Below are positions 45,517 through 55,087 of a DNA stretch of 64,000 nt, piece after piece. Each line of letters starts with the position of its first letter. Position 1 is the first letter of the stretch. Location of the stretch: assembly GCA_947454705.1 (NCBI GenBank), contig CANGKZ010000021.1, positions 472 through 64,471 of the forward strand, read 5' to 3'. This DNA is from Verrucomicrobiota bacterium (GTDB lineage: Bacteria > Verrucomicrobiota > Verrucomicrobiia > Limisphaerales > UBA9464). A model generated the notes under the pieces. It was not told the DNA's origin, made no database searches, and saw only the letters and a program-made list of their open reading frames with translations. A program made the translations under genes and the position numbers.

Positions 45517-47478
45517 ATGAGCTGGACCCGGCCCGGACTTCGCACCCTTTCGCGCAGCCTCCAAACCCTACTCGTCGGCCTCGCCGGCTTTGCCGCGCTC
45601 GGTTCGCTTCAGGCGCGTCCGTCGTATGTGGACGGATCCGAGCAGTTGCGCGTCGAGGACAAACCCGCCAGCGACACGGTGCAGTGGCTGGCCGAGCACT
45701 ATGTGAAGTACGAGCACCGGATCCCCATGCGGGATGGGGTGCGGTTGTTTACCAGGGTGTACGTGCCCAAGGATGATTCGACGAATTATCCGATCGTCCT
45801 CACCCGGACGCCCTACGCCATCAAGCCCTACGGGTCCGACAATTTCCAAAAGCCCGGCGGTTCATTCGAAGCATTGGCGAAGGACCGCTTCATTCTGGTG
45901 AGCCAGGATGTGCGGGGCCGCTTTGGATCCGAGGGCGAGTACGTCCACGTGCGTCCGCACCGTCCCAACAAGCGGGGACCTCAGGAAATCGACGAAAGCT
46001 CCGACACTTGGGACACGATCGATTGGCTGGTGAAGAACGTGCCGGGCAACAACGGGAAGGTGGGCATGTTCGGGATTTCGTATCCCGGCTTCTACACCGC
46101 GATGGGGATGATCGACAGTCATCCCGCACTGAAAGCGGCGTCCCCGCAGGCGCCGATTTCGGACTGGTTCATGGGGGATGACATCCACCACAACGGCGCG
46201 TTTTTCCTCACTCAAAACTTCGGGTTCTTCTACTGGATGGATCAGAAGGTGCGGGATCCGAAGCGTGAGGAGTTGAAGAATTTCTACTACGGCACGGAGG
46301 ACAGTTATGACTTCTTCATGCGCCTCGGTTCCCTGGCCAACGGAGACAAGCGTTACTTCAAGGGGGCCGCCCCGATTTGGAACGAGTTTCTCCAGCACAC
46401 CACCTACGACGCGTGGTGGCAGGCGCGGAACATTCGTCCGCATTTGAAGAACGTGAACTGCGCCGTGATGACGGTGGGCGGCTGGTTTGATGCGGAGGAT
46501 TTGTTCGGCCCGCTCCAGGTGCATCAGTGGGTGGGAAAATTGAATCCCGGAACCACGAATCTGCTGGTGATGGGGCCGTGGTCGCATGGCGCGTGGGGTG
46601 GTTCTTCGGGCGATCGCCTGGGCGCGGTTTCGTTCAGTGAAAAGACCGGCGAGTATTATCGCGAGAAGTTGGAGCTGCCGTTTTTCCGCCGGTATTTGAA
46701 GGGCGACACGAATCCGGTGCTGGCCAACGCGACGGTCTTCGAAACCGGAATGAACCGTTGGCGGAAGTTTGATGCGTGGCCTCCGCGGGAATCGGTGGCG
46801 AAAACGCTCTACCTGCAGCCCTCGGGCGGACTTTCCTTTCAACCGGCCAATGGGGGCGATGCCGTGGATGAATTCATCAGCGACCCGGCCAAGCCGGTTC
46901 CCTACACGCTGGAAATGCAGACCGGGTATCCGCGGTCGTATCCGCTCCACGATCAGCGGTTCGTTTCCAGCCGCACCGACGTGTTGGTGTACCAGACTCC
47001 GCCGTTGGAGGAGGACCTCACGCTGTCGGGGCCGTTGCGCGCGGCGCTGGAAGTCTCCACCAGCGGGACCGATGCCGACTGGGTGGTGAAGGTGGTGGAT
47101 GTGTATCCAGATGACTTTCCGAATCCCTCGCCGAATCCCGCCTCGATTCAAATGGGAGGCTATCAGCAGCTCGTTCGTGGCGATGTGATTCGCGGACGGT
47201 TCCGCAACAGCTTTGAGAAACCGGAGCCGTTCCAGCCCGGCAAGCGGTCTTCGGTGGCGTTTGATGTTCCCGACGTGTTCCACACCTTCCGTCGCGGACA
47301 CCGTCTGATGGTCCACGTGCAAAGCAGCTGGTTTCCTCTGGTGGACCGGAACCCCCAGACCTACGTGAACATTCCCACGGCGACCGAGGCGGACTTCAAG
47401 AAGGCCACCCATCGCGTGTTCCTCGGCGGACCGCAGGGGTCGCGGATCGACGTTCGCGTGCTCGGTGCGAGCAAATGA
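45517..47478 (+). CDS. CocE/NonD-family hydrolase (X-Pro dipeptidyl-peptidase, S15)
   Basis: ATG M21 of ORF 45457..47478 gives a signal peptide. ..LTRTPY.., the nucleophile context GMFGISYPGFY, and the C-terminal beta-sandwich ..RGHRLMVHVQSSWFP... Confidence 0.85.
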   Translation: MSWTRPGLRTLSRSLQTLLVGLAGFAALGSLQARPSYVDGSEQLRVEDKPASDTVQWLAEHYVKYEHRIPMRDGVRLFTRVYVPKDDSTNYPIVLTRTPYAIKPYGSDNFQKPGGSFEALAKDRFILVSQDVRGRFGSEGEYVHVRPHRPNKRGPQEIDESSDTWDTIDWLVKNVPGNNGKVGMFGISYPGFYTAMGMIDSHPALKAASPQAPISDWFMGDDIHHNGAFFLTQNFGFFYWMDQKVRDPKREELKNFYYGTEDSYDFFMRLGSLANGDKRYFKGAAPIWNEFLQHTTYDAWWQARNIRPHLKNVNCAVMTVGGWFDAEDLFGPLQVHQWVGKLNPGTTNLLVMGPWSHGAWGGSSGDRLGAVSFSEKTGEYYREKLELPFFRRYLKGDTNPVLANATVFETGMNRWRKFDAWPPRESVAKTLYLQPSGGLSFQPANGGDAVDEFISDPAKPVPYTLEMQTGYPRSYPLHDQRFVSSRTDVLVYQTPPLEEDLTLSGPLRAALEVSTSGTDADWVVKVVDVYPDDFPNPSPNPASIQMGGYQQLVRGDVIRGRFRNSFEKPEPFQPGKRSSVAFDVPDVFHTFRRGHRLMVHVQSSWFPLVDRNPQTYVNIPTATEADFKKATHRVFLGGPQGSRIDVRVLGASK

Positions 47479-47482
47479 GGGG

Positions 47483-47512
47483 AGACACGGATTTCACGGA
47501 TTCACACTGATT
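47483..47512 (+). repeat. CACGGAT-unit element, single arm (copy B)
   Basis: AGACACGGATTTCACGGATT-CACACTGATT begins 5 nt after the TGA of the S15 peptidase gene. The first 20 nt are identical to the copy A right-arm consensus. The third unit is degenerate, and there is no convincing inverted partner. Confidence 0.55.
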
Positions 47513-47664
47513 ATCGGAAATGCCCGGTGGGTGTTTTTTCTGAACCCCGGGTGAAATGAAAAAGGGATGGCAGGCAGAGCCCGCCATCCCCGTTCCACAG
47601 ATCTCCCGTCCCTCCGGTGGTGTAGGAGATGAAATGAGTTTCGTCTTCGAAGCCGCGCGTTGGT

Positions 47665-48294
47665 TTACTTCGCGGGCTTTGCTTCAGCCGCTTTTGCGGC
47701 CTTGGCCGCCTTGTCGTAGGCGCTCTTCAACGCGGCGGGATATCCCTTTTCCAGTGCCGGATAAATCGTGATGGCGGTGGCGAGGGCCTTGTTGAATTCG
47801 CCGTCGTTGCCGTGCTTCACGTGGAGGTACACGGCGAAGTCTTCGAGCGAGTTGAACGAGAGATCCGAGCTGGACTTGATGTATTCGAGTCCGCCGACGG
47901 CGGCGATGGCGCCGAGTTCCTTGCCCTTGCTCTTGGCGGTTCCGCCGAGAAGCCCACCAAACGGAACCTTCGAGGCCAGCGCCTTGCCGGCTTCCTCGCC
48001 TGCCTTTTCACCCACGGCGGCGCCGATCTGCGCGTTGATCGCCTTGCTCGCCCATCCGGTCAGCTCGCCCTTCGAAGTGAAGGGTAGAAAATACGCTCCA
48101 GCCTGATTGGTCAGTGGCGTGGGGGCGGTGAGTTTGAGATCGGGTTGATTCAGCTTGGCCACCACTTCGGCAACGCCCTTCAAAATCTTCTGAGCCCGCG
48201 CGATATCCTCGGCGCTGAGGGCGTGGACGCGTTGAGGAGAAACCAGCGCCAGGGCGGCGAGCAGGCTGAGGGCGAAAGGGACTAGGCGTTTCAT
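47665..48294 (-). CDS. Secreted hypothetical protein (Ala/Lys-rich)
   Basis: ATG M23 of ORF 47665..48360 gives signal peptide MKRLVPFALSLLAALALVSPQRVHA. No family recognised. Confidence 0.5.
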   Translation of the reverse strand: MKRLVPFALSLLAALALVSPQRVHALSAEDIARAQKILKGVAEVVAKLNQPDLKLTAPTPLTNQAGAYFLPFTSKGELTGWASKAINAQIGAAVGEKAGEEAGKALASKVPFGGLLGGTAKSKGKELGAIAAVGGLEYIKSSSDLSFNSLEDFAVYLHVKHGNDGEFNKALATAITIYPALEKGYPAALKSAYDKAAKAAKAAEAKPAK

Positions 48295-48456
48295 AGGACT
48301 GGGCAACGTGGAGGAGTTCTCGGGCGGTTCCATTTTTGAAACCGATGCCCAAATTCTCACGAGAAACGGCCTCTCCGGGCCATACGCAGTCCTACGTAGC
48401 GCATCGGGATGCGGTCCGTGGCGCTGGATCTGGATCCGCGTGGGGTTTACCGGCGC

Positions 48457-49269
48457 TCAGCGAACGCAGCGTTGGCGGCGGACTTCGGCGAGGAAGACTG
48501 CGGCCGCACTGGCCACGTTGAGGGAATCCACTCCGGCCAGCATGGGAAGCGCGACGGTGTCGGAGCAGGCGGCGAGGACTTCGGGACGGATCCCGTTTCC
48601 CTCGGCTCCCAGGACAAGGCAGGTGTCTCCCGTGAACTCCGCCTGCCAGAGCGTTCGGCCCTCCACGTGCGGATGCGCGGCGACGCAGTGAAATCCCATC
48701 GCCCTCAACTCACGAAGCGTGTCGGCGAGCGACGTGGCGCAGAAATAGGGCATCCGGAAAACGGCGCCCATGGAGCTGCGGACGGAGCGACGCATGTACG
48801 GATGCGAGGCGGTTTCCCCGGCAATCAGCGCCTGGACACCGAGGGCGGTGGCGGTGCGGATGATGGTGCCGGTGTTCTCCGAGTTGCCCACGCCGTCGAG
48901 GGCGAGGATCAATTTTGGGGCAGGCAACGCCGCGAATGAATCGAGCGTGCAAGGGCGGGGGACGCGTCCGAGGGCGAGCACGCCCTGGTAGAGGTTGTAG
49001 CCGGTCAGTTGATCCAGCGTGGCCAGCGGGGCGACGAAGAGGTCGAGGTCGCGTCCGCACGCCTGCAGCCGTGCCTCAAAATCGGGCAGCCACTCGGGCG
49101 GCATGAGGACGGAAAGGACTTCGATTTCGGAATCGAGGAGGCGCTCCACGACCTTGGGTCCCTCGGTGACGAACACACCGTCGTTCAAGTGCCCGGTTTG
49201 GGCCCGCATGTTGCGATAGGGCGCGAGGCGCGGGTCCTCGATGTCGTGAATGGAAAGGGTGCGGACCAT
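48457..49269 (-). CDS. TrmH/SpoU-family RNA 2'-O-methyltransferase (RlmB-like)
   Basis: 270 aa. SPOUT motifs ..LILALDGVGNSENTGTIIRTA.., ..LVLGAEGNGI.. and ..LPMLAGVDSLNVASAAAVFL... Confidence 0.85.
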   Translation of the reverse strand: MVRTLSIHDIEDPRLAPYRNMRAQTGHLNDGVFVTEGPKVVERLLDSEIEVLSVLMPPEWLPDFEARLQACGRDLDLFVAPLATLDQLTGYNLYQGVLALGRVPRPCTLDSFAALPAPKLILALDGVGNSENTGTIIRTATALGVQALIAGETASHPYMRRSVRSSMGAVFRMPYFCATSLADTLRELRAMGFHCVAAHPHVEGRTLWQAEFTGDTCLVLGAEGNGIRPEVLAACSDTVALPMLAGVDSLNVASAAAVFLAEVRRQRCVR

Positions 49270-49286
49270 CGGCGCCGTTCAGGGAG

Positions 49287-49784
49287 TCAGGCCGATTTGC
49301 CGGCGACGCGGTTCCGACAGTACTGGATGAGCTGATTCCAGTGGGTGGCATCGGGCAGGGCGCGACGCGGGATCATCAGCATTTGTCCGGGGCCGAGGTC
49401 GAGGTAGAGGCGTTCCGATCCGGCGTTCACTTGTTTAATCGTGTTCCACTTGAACTCGGTGGCGGCGAGCGCGTGGGAGACTTTGAGCTGGGATTTCAGC
49501 ACATCGACGGTGAGCTCGAGTCCGGCGGTGCGGGCGCGTCGGAGCATGGCCATGAGCGGGATGGCGGTGAAATAAATCAGCACCAGCACTACGAACATCT
49601 GCAGCGCCGAGGCGAAGGCGGCGCCGTAGTCGGCGTGCTGGTTGATGCGGGTCCAAAAATGGAACGCGCTGAGGGTGGTGGCTGCGATCCACAGAAGCTT
49701 CTGCCGCAGCGTCAGCCGCAGGGTGACCGTGAGGAGGTCCCACCAGGTCAGGGTGAACTTCAGCTGGAAGACGGGGTATTCCAC
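49287..49784 (-). CDS. Hypothetical two-TM membrane protein (YcxB-like)
   Basis: 165 aa with two TM helices followed by a small soluble domain. It sits between cysS and the TrmH gene with 24- and 17-nt gaps. Confidence 0.5.
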   Translation of the reverse strand: MEYPVFQLKFTLTWWDLLTVTLRLTLRQKLLWIAATTLSAFHFWTRINQHADYGAAFASALQMFVVLVLIYFTAIPLMAMLRRARTAGLELTVDVLKSQLKVSHALAATEFKWNTIKQVNAGSERLYLDLGPGQMLMIPRRALPDATHWNQLIQYCRNRVAGKSA

Positions 49785-49808
49785 GGCACGACGCAGGGTC
49801 CAACCGAA

Positions 49809-51245
49809 CTACAGTCGTTTGAGCTTCGGTCCCTTGGCGGTGTCTTCGACGGCCCAGCCGAGGGCTTTCAGCTCGTTGCGAATGGCGTCGGCCCGGGCAA
49901 AATCCTTGGCCTTTTTGGCTGCGACGCGTGCCTCGGCCAGGGCCACGATCTCCGCGGGAGCTTCCGGGGCGGCGGCGGCGCTGATGCCGAAGACGGTGTT
50001 CACGTGTTTCCACGCGGCGAGTTCCGCGGCGGCGAGGGCGGGCGTCATCTGGCCTGCTGCAAGGAGACGGTTCTGCTCGCGGACCCACTCAAACACCGCG
50101 GCCCAGGCGGAGGAGACGTTGAGGTCATCGTCCATGGCCTGGGTGAATCGATCGACCAATCCAGCAGCGGGAGCGGTGGCCTGAGTGGATCCGGCGATTT
50201 CCTGGAGTTTGCCGATGCACTCATCGAGTCGCGCGAGGGCGGTGCGGGCGCCATCGAGTCCGGCGAGGGTGAAGTTGAAGGTCTCGCGATACGCCGCGCT
50301 GAGGAGCAGGAAGCGGACTTCGCGTCCGGTGTAGCCCTTGGCGACCAGGTCGCGGACGGTGAAGAAATTCCCGAGCGACTTGCTCATTTTCTTCCCCTCG
50401 ACGAGCAGGTGCGCGCCGTGCATCCAGTGCTTCACGAAGGGGCGTCCGGGCACCTGCACCCCAGCGCCTTCGCTCTGGGCGATTTCGTCTTCGTGATGCG
50501 GGAAGGCGAGGTCCTCACCTCCGAGGTGAAGGTCAAAGCTCGGTCCAAGGATTGCCATGCTCATGGCGCTGCACTCGATGTGCCATCCGGGGCGTCCCTC
50601 GCCCCACGGGCTGGGCCAGAACACCGGACCATCCTCGGGCACGCGGGCCTTCCAAAGCGCGAAGTCGGCGAGCGATTCCTTGTCGTATTCGTCATTGGCC
50701 ACGCGCTCGCCCACGCGCATGGCTTCAAAATTCAGGTTCACCAGCTGGCCGTACTTGCAGCCGCAGCCCTGGTATTTCTCGATGCTGAAATAGACCGAGC
50801 CGTCCGAGGTTTTATACGCGATGCCCCGGGCGACGAGCTTCTCGATCAGCGCAATGATCTGCCCGATGTAGTTGGTGGCGCGGGGAAGCTCCTTCGGACG
50901 GAGGCAGCTCAGGGAATCGAGATCCTGGAGAAAGAGGTCGGTGTACTTGGCGGTGAATTCGAGCAGCGGGAGCCCGGTTTCGCGGACCTTGCGGATGATT
51001 TTATCCTCCACGTCCGTGATGTTCATCACGTGCTGGACGGAGTATCCGCGGAACTCGAGGTAGCGCCGGACCAGGTCGGCGAAGACGAAGGTGCGGAAGT
51101 TTCCGATGTGGCCGTAGTCGTAAACGGTCGGTCCGCAGCAGTACAGGCCCACCACCTGTTTGCCGTCCGCGTCGCGGTGGTCGGGAAACAGGGGTTCAAA
51201 GGGAACGATGCTTCGGGTGAGCGTGTTGTAGAGCTGCAAGGCCAT
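49809..51245 (-). CDS. cysS: Cysteine--tRNA ligase
   Basis: 478 aa. ..CGPTVYDYGHIGNFR.. is the HIGH region and KMSKSLGN is KMSKS. Confidence 0.95.
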   Translation of the reverse strand: MALQLYNTLTRSIVPFEPLFPDHRDADGKQVVGLYCCGPTVYDYGHIGNFRTFVFADLVRRYLEFRGYSVQHVMNITDVEDKIIRKVRETGLPLLEFTAKYTDLFLQDLDSLSCLRPKELPRATNYIGQIIALIEKLVARGIAYKTSDGSVYFSIEKYQGCGCKYGQLVNLNFEAMRVGERVANDEYDKESLADFALWKARVPEDGPVFWPSPWGEGRPGWHIECSAMSMAILGPSFDLHLGGEDLAFPHHEDEIAQSEGAGVQVPGRPFVKHWMHGAHLLVEGKKMSKSLGNFFTVRDLVAKGYTGREVRFLLLSAAYRETFNFTLAGLDGARTALARLDECIGKLQEIAGSTQATAPAAGLVDRFTQAMDDDLNVSSAWAAVFEWVREQNRLLAAGQMTPALAAAELAAWKHVNTVFGISAAAAPEAPAEIVALAEARVAAKKAKDFARADAIRNELKALGWAVEDTAKGPKLKRL

Positions 51246-51286
51246 GCGGATGCGGCGGGACGTTAGGCGGCCCTGGCGGGGGAATC

Positions 51287-51338
51287 GACACGGATTTCAC
51301 GGATTTTCACGGGGAAGGCGGAACCGGTTCCCCGTGAA
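51287..51338. repeat. CACGGAT-unit element (copy C) with a local hairpin
   Basis: GACACGGATTTCACGGATTTTCACGG (51287-51312) matches the copy A consensus over 24 nt. The third unit pairs in a hairpin, TTCACGGGGA (51306-51315) with TCCCCGTGAA (51329-51338). It lies between the ClpX-like stop and the cysS start. Confidence 0.6.
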
Positions 51339-51367
51339 TTTCGGCGATGTCCGGGCGCGCCCGGGGC

Positions 51368-52639
51368 CTAACGGCGGGAGGTTTTCTTGAGCAGCGTGGC
51401 GAGGCTGGACTTCGGATCCTGCACCAGCTCGCGGGTGACGGCGAATTCATCGACGGAGCTCGATGGAAGCTCGAACTTGAAGTCGCGCAGGACGCGTTCG
51501 CAGACGGTCATGAGTCCGCGGGCGCCGGTGCCTTCCGCCGCGGCAAGACGCGCGATCTGGCGCAGTCCGTCGGCACGCCATTTGACCGTGATGCCGTAGG
51601 CCTTGAACGCGCGTTCGTACTGGCGCAGGAGGCTGCTCTCGCTGCGGCGCATGACGTCGAAGAGATCCTTCTCCGCCAGCGGCTGGCAGGCCACACGAAC
51701 CGGGAGGCGTCCGATGAACTCGGGCTCGAAACCAAAATTGATAAAGTCGGCGGTCATCGCCTGGTCCATCAGGGCGGCCTCTCCCCCCGGCGGAATGGTG
51801 CCCGCGGCCGAGGCGAGACGATTGCGAATGATCGCCGGGAGTCCGGCGAAGGCACCGCTGACGATGAACAGGATGTGCCGCGTGTTGATGGTTTCGCCGG
51901 GAGGGCGGGGCGGCTGACCGGGGCGCGGCATCACGGCCTGGACCTGGCCCATGATGTCATTGGGCGAGACCACCGCCACGTCAGCATCCTCCATGAGCTT
52001 GAGCAGGTTGGTCTGCACGCCCTTGCCGCTGACGTCGCGTCCGCCGGAATCGCGTCCGGCGATCTTGTCGATTTCATCCAGGTAGATGATGCCGTGCTCG
52101 GCCTTTTCGACGTCGCCACCGGTCCGGCGAATGAGATCGCGAACCAGATCCTCCACATCGCCGCCCACGTAGCCGGTTTCGCTGAACTTCGTGGCATCGG
52201 CCTTCACGAATGGAACGCCGATCAATTCCGCCGCGGAGCGGATGAGATGCGTCTTGCCCACACCGGTGGGGCCGAGGAGGAGCACGTTTTGCTTGGTGTA
52301 GAAGGGCGCCTTGAGTCCGGCGCGGGTCATCCGCACGTGCTGGAAATGATCGCACAGGGCGACGCTCAACACCTTTTTCGCTTCGTCCTGTTTGATGACA
52401 AACCGGTCGAGATGGGCCTTCACCTCCTTGGGCTTGAGGTTGAAATGGAATTCGTTGGAGGAGGTATCGACGGGAGCGGCCGCGGGAACTTCCTCGGGAA
52501 TGACATGCCGCGGCACCTTGCGTCCACGCGGCATGGAGGCGGTGATCGGGGTGGTGGTGGTGAGGGTGGAGGAAATGGTTCCCGGACCCTTGGAAACGGG
52601 GCCCAGGTCGGATTCGGCGACAAGCGAGGACGACGGCAT
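51368..52639 (-). CDS. ClpX-like AAA+ unfoldase lacking the N-terminal zinc-binding domain and the IGF loop
   Basis: ATG at 52639 (internal Met of ORF 51368..53068, whose upstream part overlaps proC). 423 aa. Walker A GPTGVGKT, pore loop GYVGGDVE, Walker B IIYLDEIDKI, and ..EPEFIGRLPV.. are all present. The N-terminal 70 aa have no Cys. The segment aligned with the E. coli GSGIGFGA loop reads ASAAGTIPPGGEAA. Confidence 0.85.
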   Translation of the reverse strand: MPSSSLVAESDLGPVSKGPGTISSTLTTTTPITASMPRGRKVPRHVIPEEVPAAAPVDTSSNEFHFNLKPKEVKAHLDRFVIKQDEAKKVLSVALCDHFQHVRMTRAGLKAPFYTKQNVLLLGPTGVGKTHLIRSAAELIGVPFVKADATKFSETGYVGGDVEDLVRDLIRRTGGDVEKAEHGIIYLDEIDKIAGRDSGGRDVSGKGVQTNLLKLMEDADVAVVSPNDIMGQVQAVMPRPGQPPRPPGETINTRHILFIVSGAFAGLPAIIRNRLASAAGTIPPGGEAALMDQAMTADFINFGFEPEFIGRLPVRVACQPLAEKDLFDVMRRSESSLLRQYERAFKAYGITVKWRADGLRQIARLAAAEGTGARGLMTVCERVLRDFKFELPSSSVDEFAVTRELVQDPKSSLATLLKKTSRR

Positions 52640-52789
52640 GCGAGGGGACGTTAGGCGATTCCGCCGAAAGGGCAACGGGCGCGGGCGCGTTCGCGCCCGC
52701 GAAGGCAAAGGGAGAACGGAAAAAGGGAAAAGGCGAACGATGGAAAATCGCGGTCGCCCCGAGAGGCGTGGGGTGTTACAACGCGGTCG

Positions 52790-53602
52790 ATGTCTGGAAC
52801 AACGATCGGATTTCTCGGTGCCGGAAAGATGGCCACCGCGCTGGCCAAGGGTTTTCTCCGCGCAGGATTGGTAAAATCGTCGAACCTCTTTGCCAGCGAT
52901 GTGGCCAAGGGGGCGCTCGACGCCTTTTCCGCCGAAACGCAGGCCACCGTCAGCACTACCAACACTGCGACGGTGTCTGCTGCTGACATTCTGTTCCTCG
53001 CGGTGAAGCCGGATCAGGTGGCGGACGTGCTCCAGCAGCTGAAGCCCACGTTGGATCCTTCCCGCCATTTGCTCATTTCCATCGCTGCCGGCGTGTCGCT
53101 GGCCCGGTTGGAAGCGGCGGCGCCGGGGCAGCGGTTCATCCGCGTGATGCCCAATACGCCGGCCCTGGTGGGTGCGAGCGCGAGCGCTTTTTCGGCCGGA
53201 TCGCTGGCCACGGCGGCGGACACCACGCTGGCGCGGAAATTGTTGTCGAGTGTCGGGATCGCCTTCGAGGTGAAGGAAAAATTGCTCGATGCCGTGACCG
53301 GTCTGAGCGGCAGCGGCCCCGCTTATGCCTTCATGATGATTGAAGCGCTGGCCGACGGCGGCGTGGCGGCGGGTTTACCCCGCACGATCGCACAGCAGTT
53401 GGCCGCACAGACCTTGCTCGGCGCGGCCCGCATGGTTTTGGAAACCGGGGAACATCCCGGGGCGCTCAAGGACGCGGTTTGCAGCCCGGGGGGCACCACG
53501 ATCGAGGCGGTGCATGAGCTGGAGAAGGGCGGACTTCGCGCGGCCCTGATCACGGCGGTGCGCGCTTCGGCGGAGAAGTCGAAGAAGCTCGGTCAATCCT
53601 GA
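52790..53602 (+). CDS. proC: Pyrroline-5-carboxylate reductase
   Basis: 270 aa. ..IGFLGAGKMATALAKG.. is the Rossmann motif. ..RVMPNTPALVG.. and ..GSGPAYAFMMIEALADGGV..SPGGTTI.. are present. Confidence 0.9.
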   Translation: MSGTTIGFLGAGKMATALAKGFLRAGLVKSSNLFASDVAKGALDAFSAETQATVSTTNTATVSAADILFLAVKPDQVADVLQQLKPTLDPSRHLLISIAAGVSLARLEAAAPGQRFIRVMPNTPALVGASASAFSAGSLATAADTTLARKLLSSVGIAFEVKEKLLDAVTGLSGSGPAYAFMMIEALADGGVAAGLPRTIAQQLAAQTLLGAARMVLETGEHPGALKDAVCSPGGTTIEAVHELEKGGLRAALITAVRASAEKSKKLGQS

Positions 53603-53613
53603 GCCTTCCGACG

Positions 53614-54978
53614 ATGGATTTCCGCGGCCCCACCGAGAAGCAGGCGACCTTGATCTGGTTCGCGATCACGGCGTTCGCCGTGGCCGTGACCCTGGCGATC
53701 ATTGGCGTGGTCCTCTGGGGATTTGGAATCGCGCTGCGTCAATTGTCCCCGGTGCTGTGGCCGCTCGCGGCGGCCGGTGTGCTGGCCTATTTGCTCGATC
53801 CCGTGGTGGATGCCCTGGTGGCGCGTCGCGTGCCCCGCGTGAGGGCGATCGGATGCGTATTCGCACTCGCCTTGCTGGCGGTGGTGGTGGTGCTGGGAAA
53901 CATCATTCCCCGGGCCGTCGCCGAAGGCCGCGACCTGGTGGTGAAGATTCCCACCTACATGGAGCAGACCCAGCAGAAGGTGGAACACTGGATCAATCAT
54001 CCGCCCGCACCTCTGGCACGCTGGGTTCCTCCCTCGATTCGCGACCGACTGGCAGGGTATCTCGGAGAAACGAATGCGCTTGCGACACCGGTGGATCACG
54101 GGGTCGCATCTGATGCGGCGGGTTCCGCCACCAATGCCCCCGGCACGGGCACCGGGGCAGTCGGAGCCGGAGCCGGTGCCAATGCGGGCAATGGGAGGGC
54201 TTCGAATCTGTTCAAAAAGGCGATCGCGTCCGGAACCAGCGGTTCAGGCGGCACGTGGATGGCGACCATCATGCGCCAGATTGGCGACTGGATCTTTGGT
54301 CAGGTGGGGCGGGTGGCGTCGTGGTTCGGGGTGCTTGCGGGACTCGCGTTGATCCCGGTGTACACGTTTTACTTCCTGTTGGAGAAACGCGGCATCGAGC
54401 GTCAATGGACCGATTATCTTCCGGTGGCGAATTCGCGCTTCAAGGACGAGCTGGTGTTCGTCATCAGCAACATCAATGACTGCCTGATCGTGTTCTTCCG
54501 CGGACAGGTGCTGGTCGCCTTGTGCGACGGCGTACTTTACGGGCTCGGGTTCCTGATCATCGGCCTGCCGTATGCCTTGCTGATCGGCGTCATGGGGACG
54601 TTTCTCACCATGATTCCGTTCCTCGGGGCGATTACCACCTGTGGTACAGCCTTGGTGATTGCGCTGGTTCAATACGGCGACTGGCTGCATCCGGCACTGG
54701 TGCTTGCGGTGTTTGGCTTTGTGCAGTTGATGGAGGCGCTGGTGTTCCAGCCCAAGATCATCGGGGACCGGGTGGGTCTGCATCCGATGACCATCATCGT
54801 CGCGCTGATGGTGGGGACGAATCTGCTAGGCGGTGTTTTGGGCGGAATTCTGGCCATTCCGCTTACGGCCGCGCTGCGGGTGTTGATGTTCCGCTACGTT
54901 TGGAAGCGCCGGGAGGCGAGCCCTGCCGCAGAAGCGCTGGGGTCGGAGACGGCTGCGGTTTCACCGCCTCAGGGTTAG
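53614..54978 (+). CDS. AI-2E family transporter (PerM/UPF0118)
   Basis: 454 aa and polytopic. The conserved C-terminal block is ..IPFLGAITTCGTALVIAL..QPKIIGDRVGLHPMTIIVALM..GGILAIPLTA... Confidence 0.85.
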   Translation: MDFRGPTEKQATLIWFAITAFAVAVTLAIIGVVLWGFGIALRQLSPVLWPLAAAGVLAYLLDPVVDALVARRVPRVRAIGCVFALALLAVVVVLGNIIPRAVAEGRDLVVKIPTYMEQTQQKVEHWINHPPAPLARWVPPSIRDRLAGYLGETNALATPVDHGVASDAAGSATNAPGTGTGAVGAGAGANAGNGRASNLFKKAIASGTSGSGGTWMATIMRQIGDWIFGQVGRVASWFGVLAGLALIPVYTFYFLLEKRGIERQWTDYLPVANSRFKDELVFVISNINDCLIVFFRGQVLVALCDGVLYGLGFLIIGLPYALLIGVMGTFLTMIPFLGAITTCGTALVIALVQYGDWLHPALVLAVFGFVQLMEALVFQPKIIGDRVGLHPMTIIVALMVGTNLLGGVLGGILAIPLTAALRVLMFRYVWKRREASPAAEALGSETAAVSPPQG

Positions 54979-55087
54979 TTGCGCGGGCGGGTTACCGGGT
55001 GGCCTGAATTCACGGACTTTATCCCTGCGGATCTGAACACAAAGTCCCCGCTGGCGTCTGACTCCGCACGATGCATATTCGCCGCGC

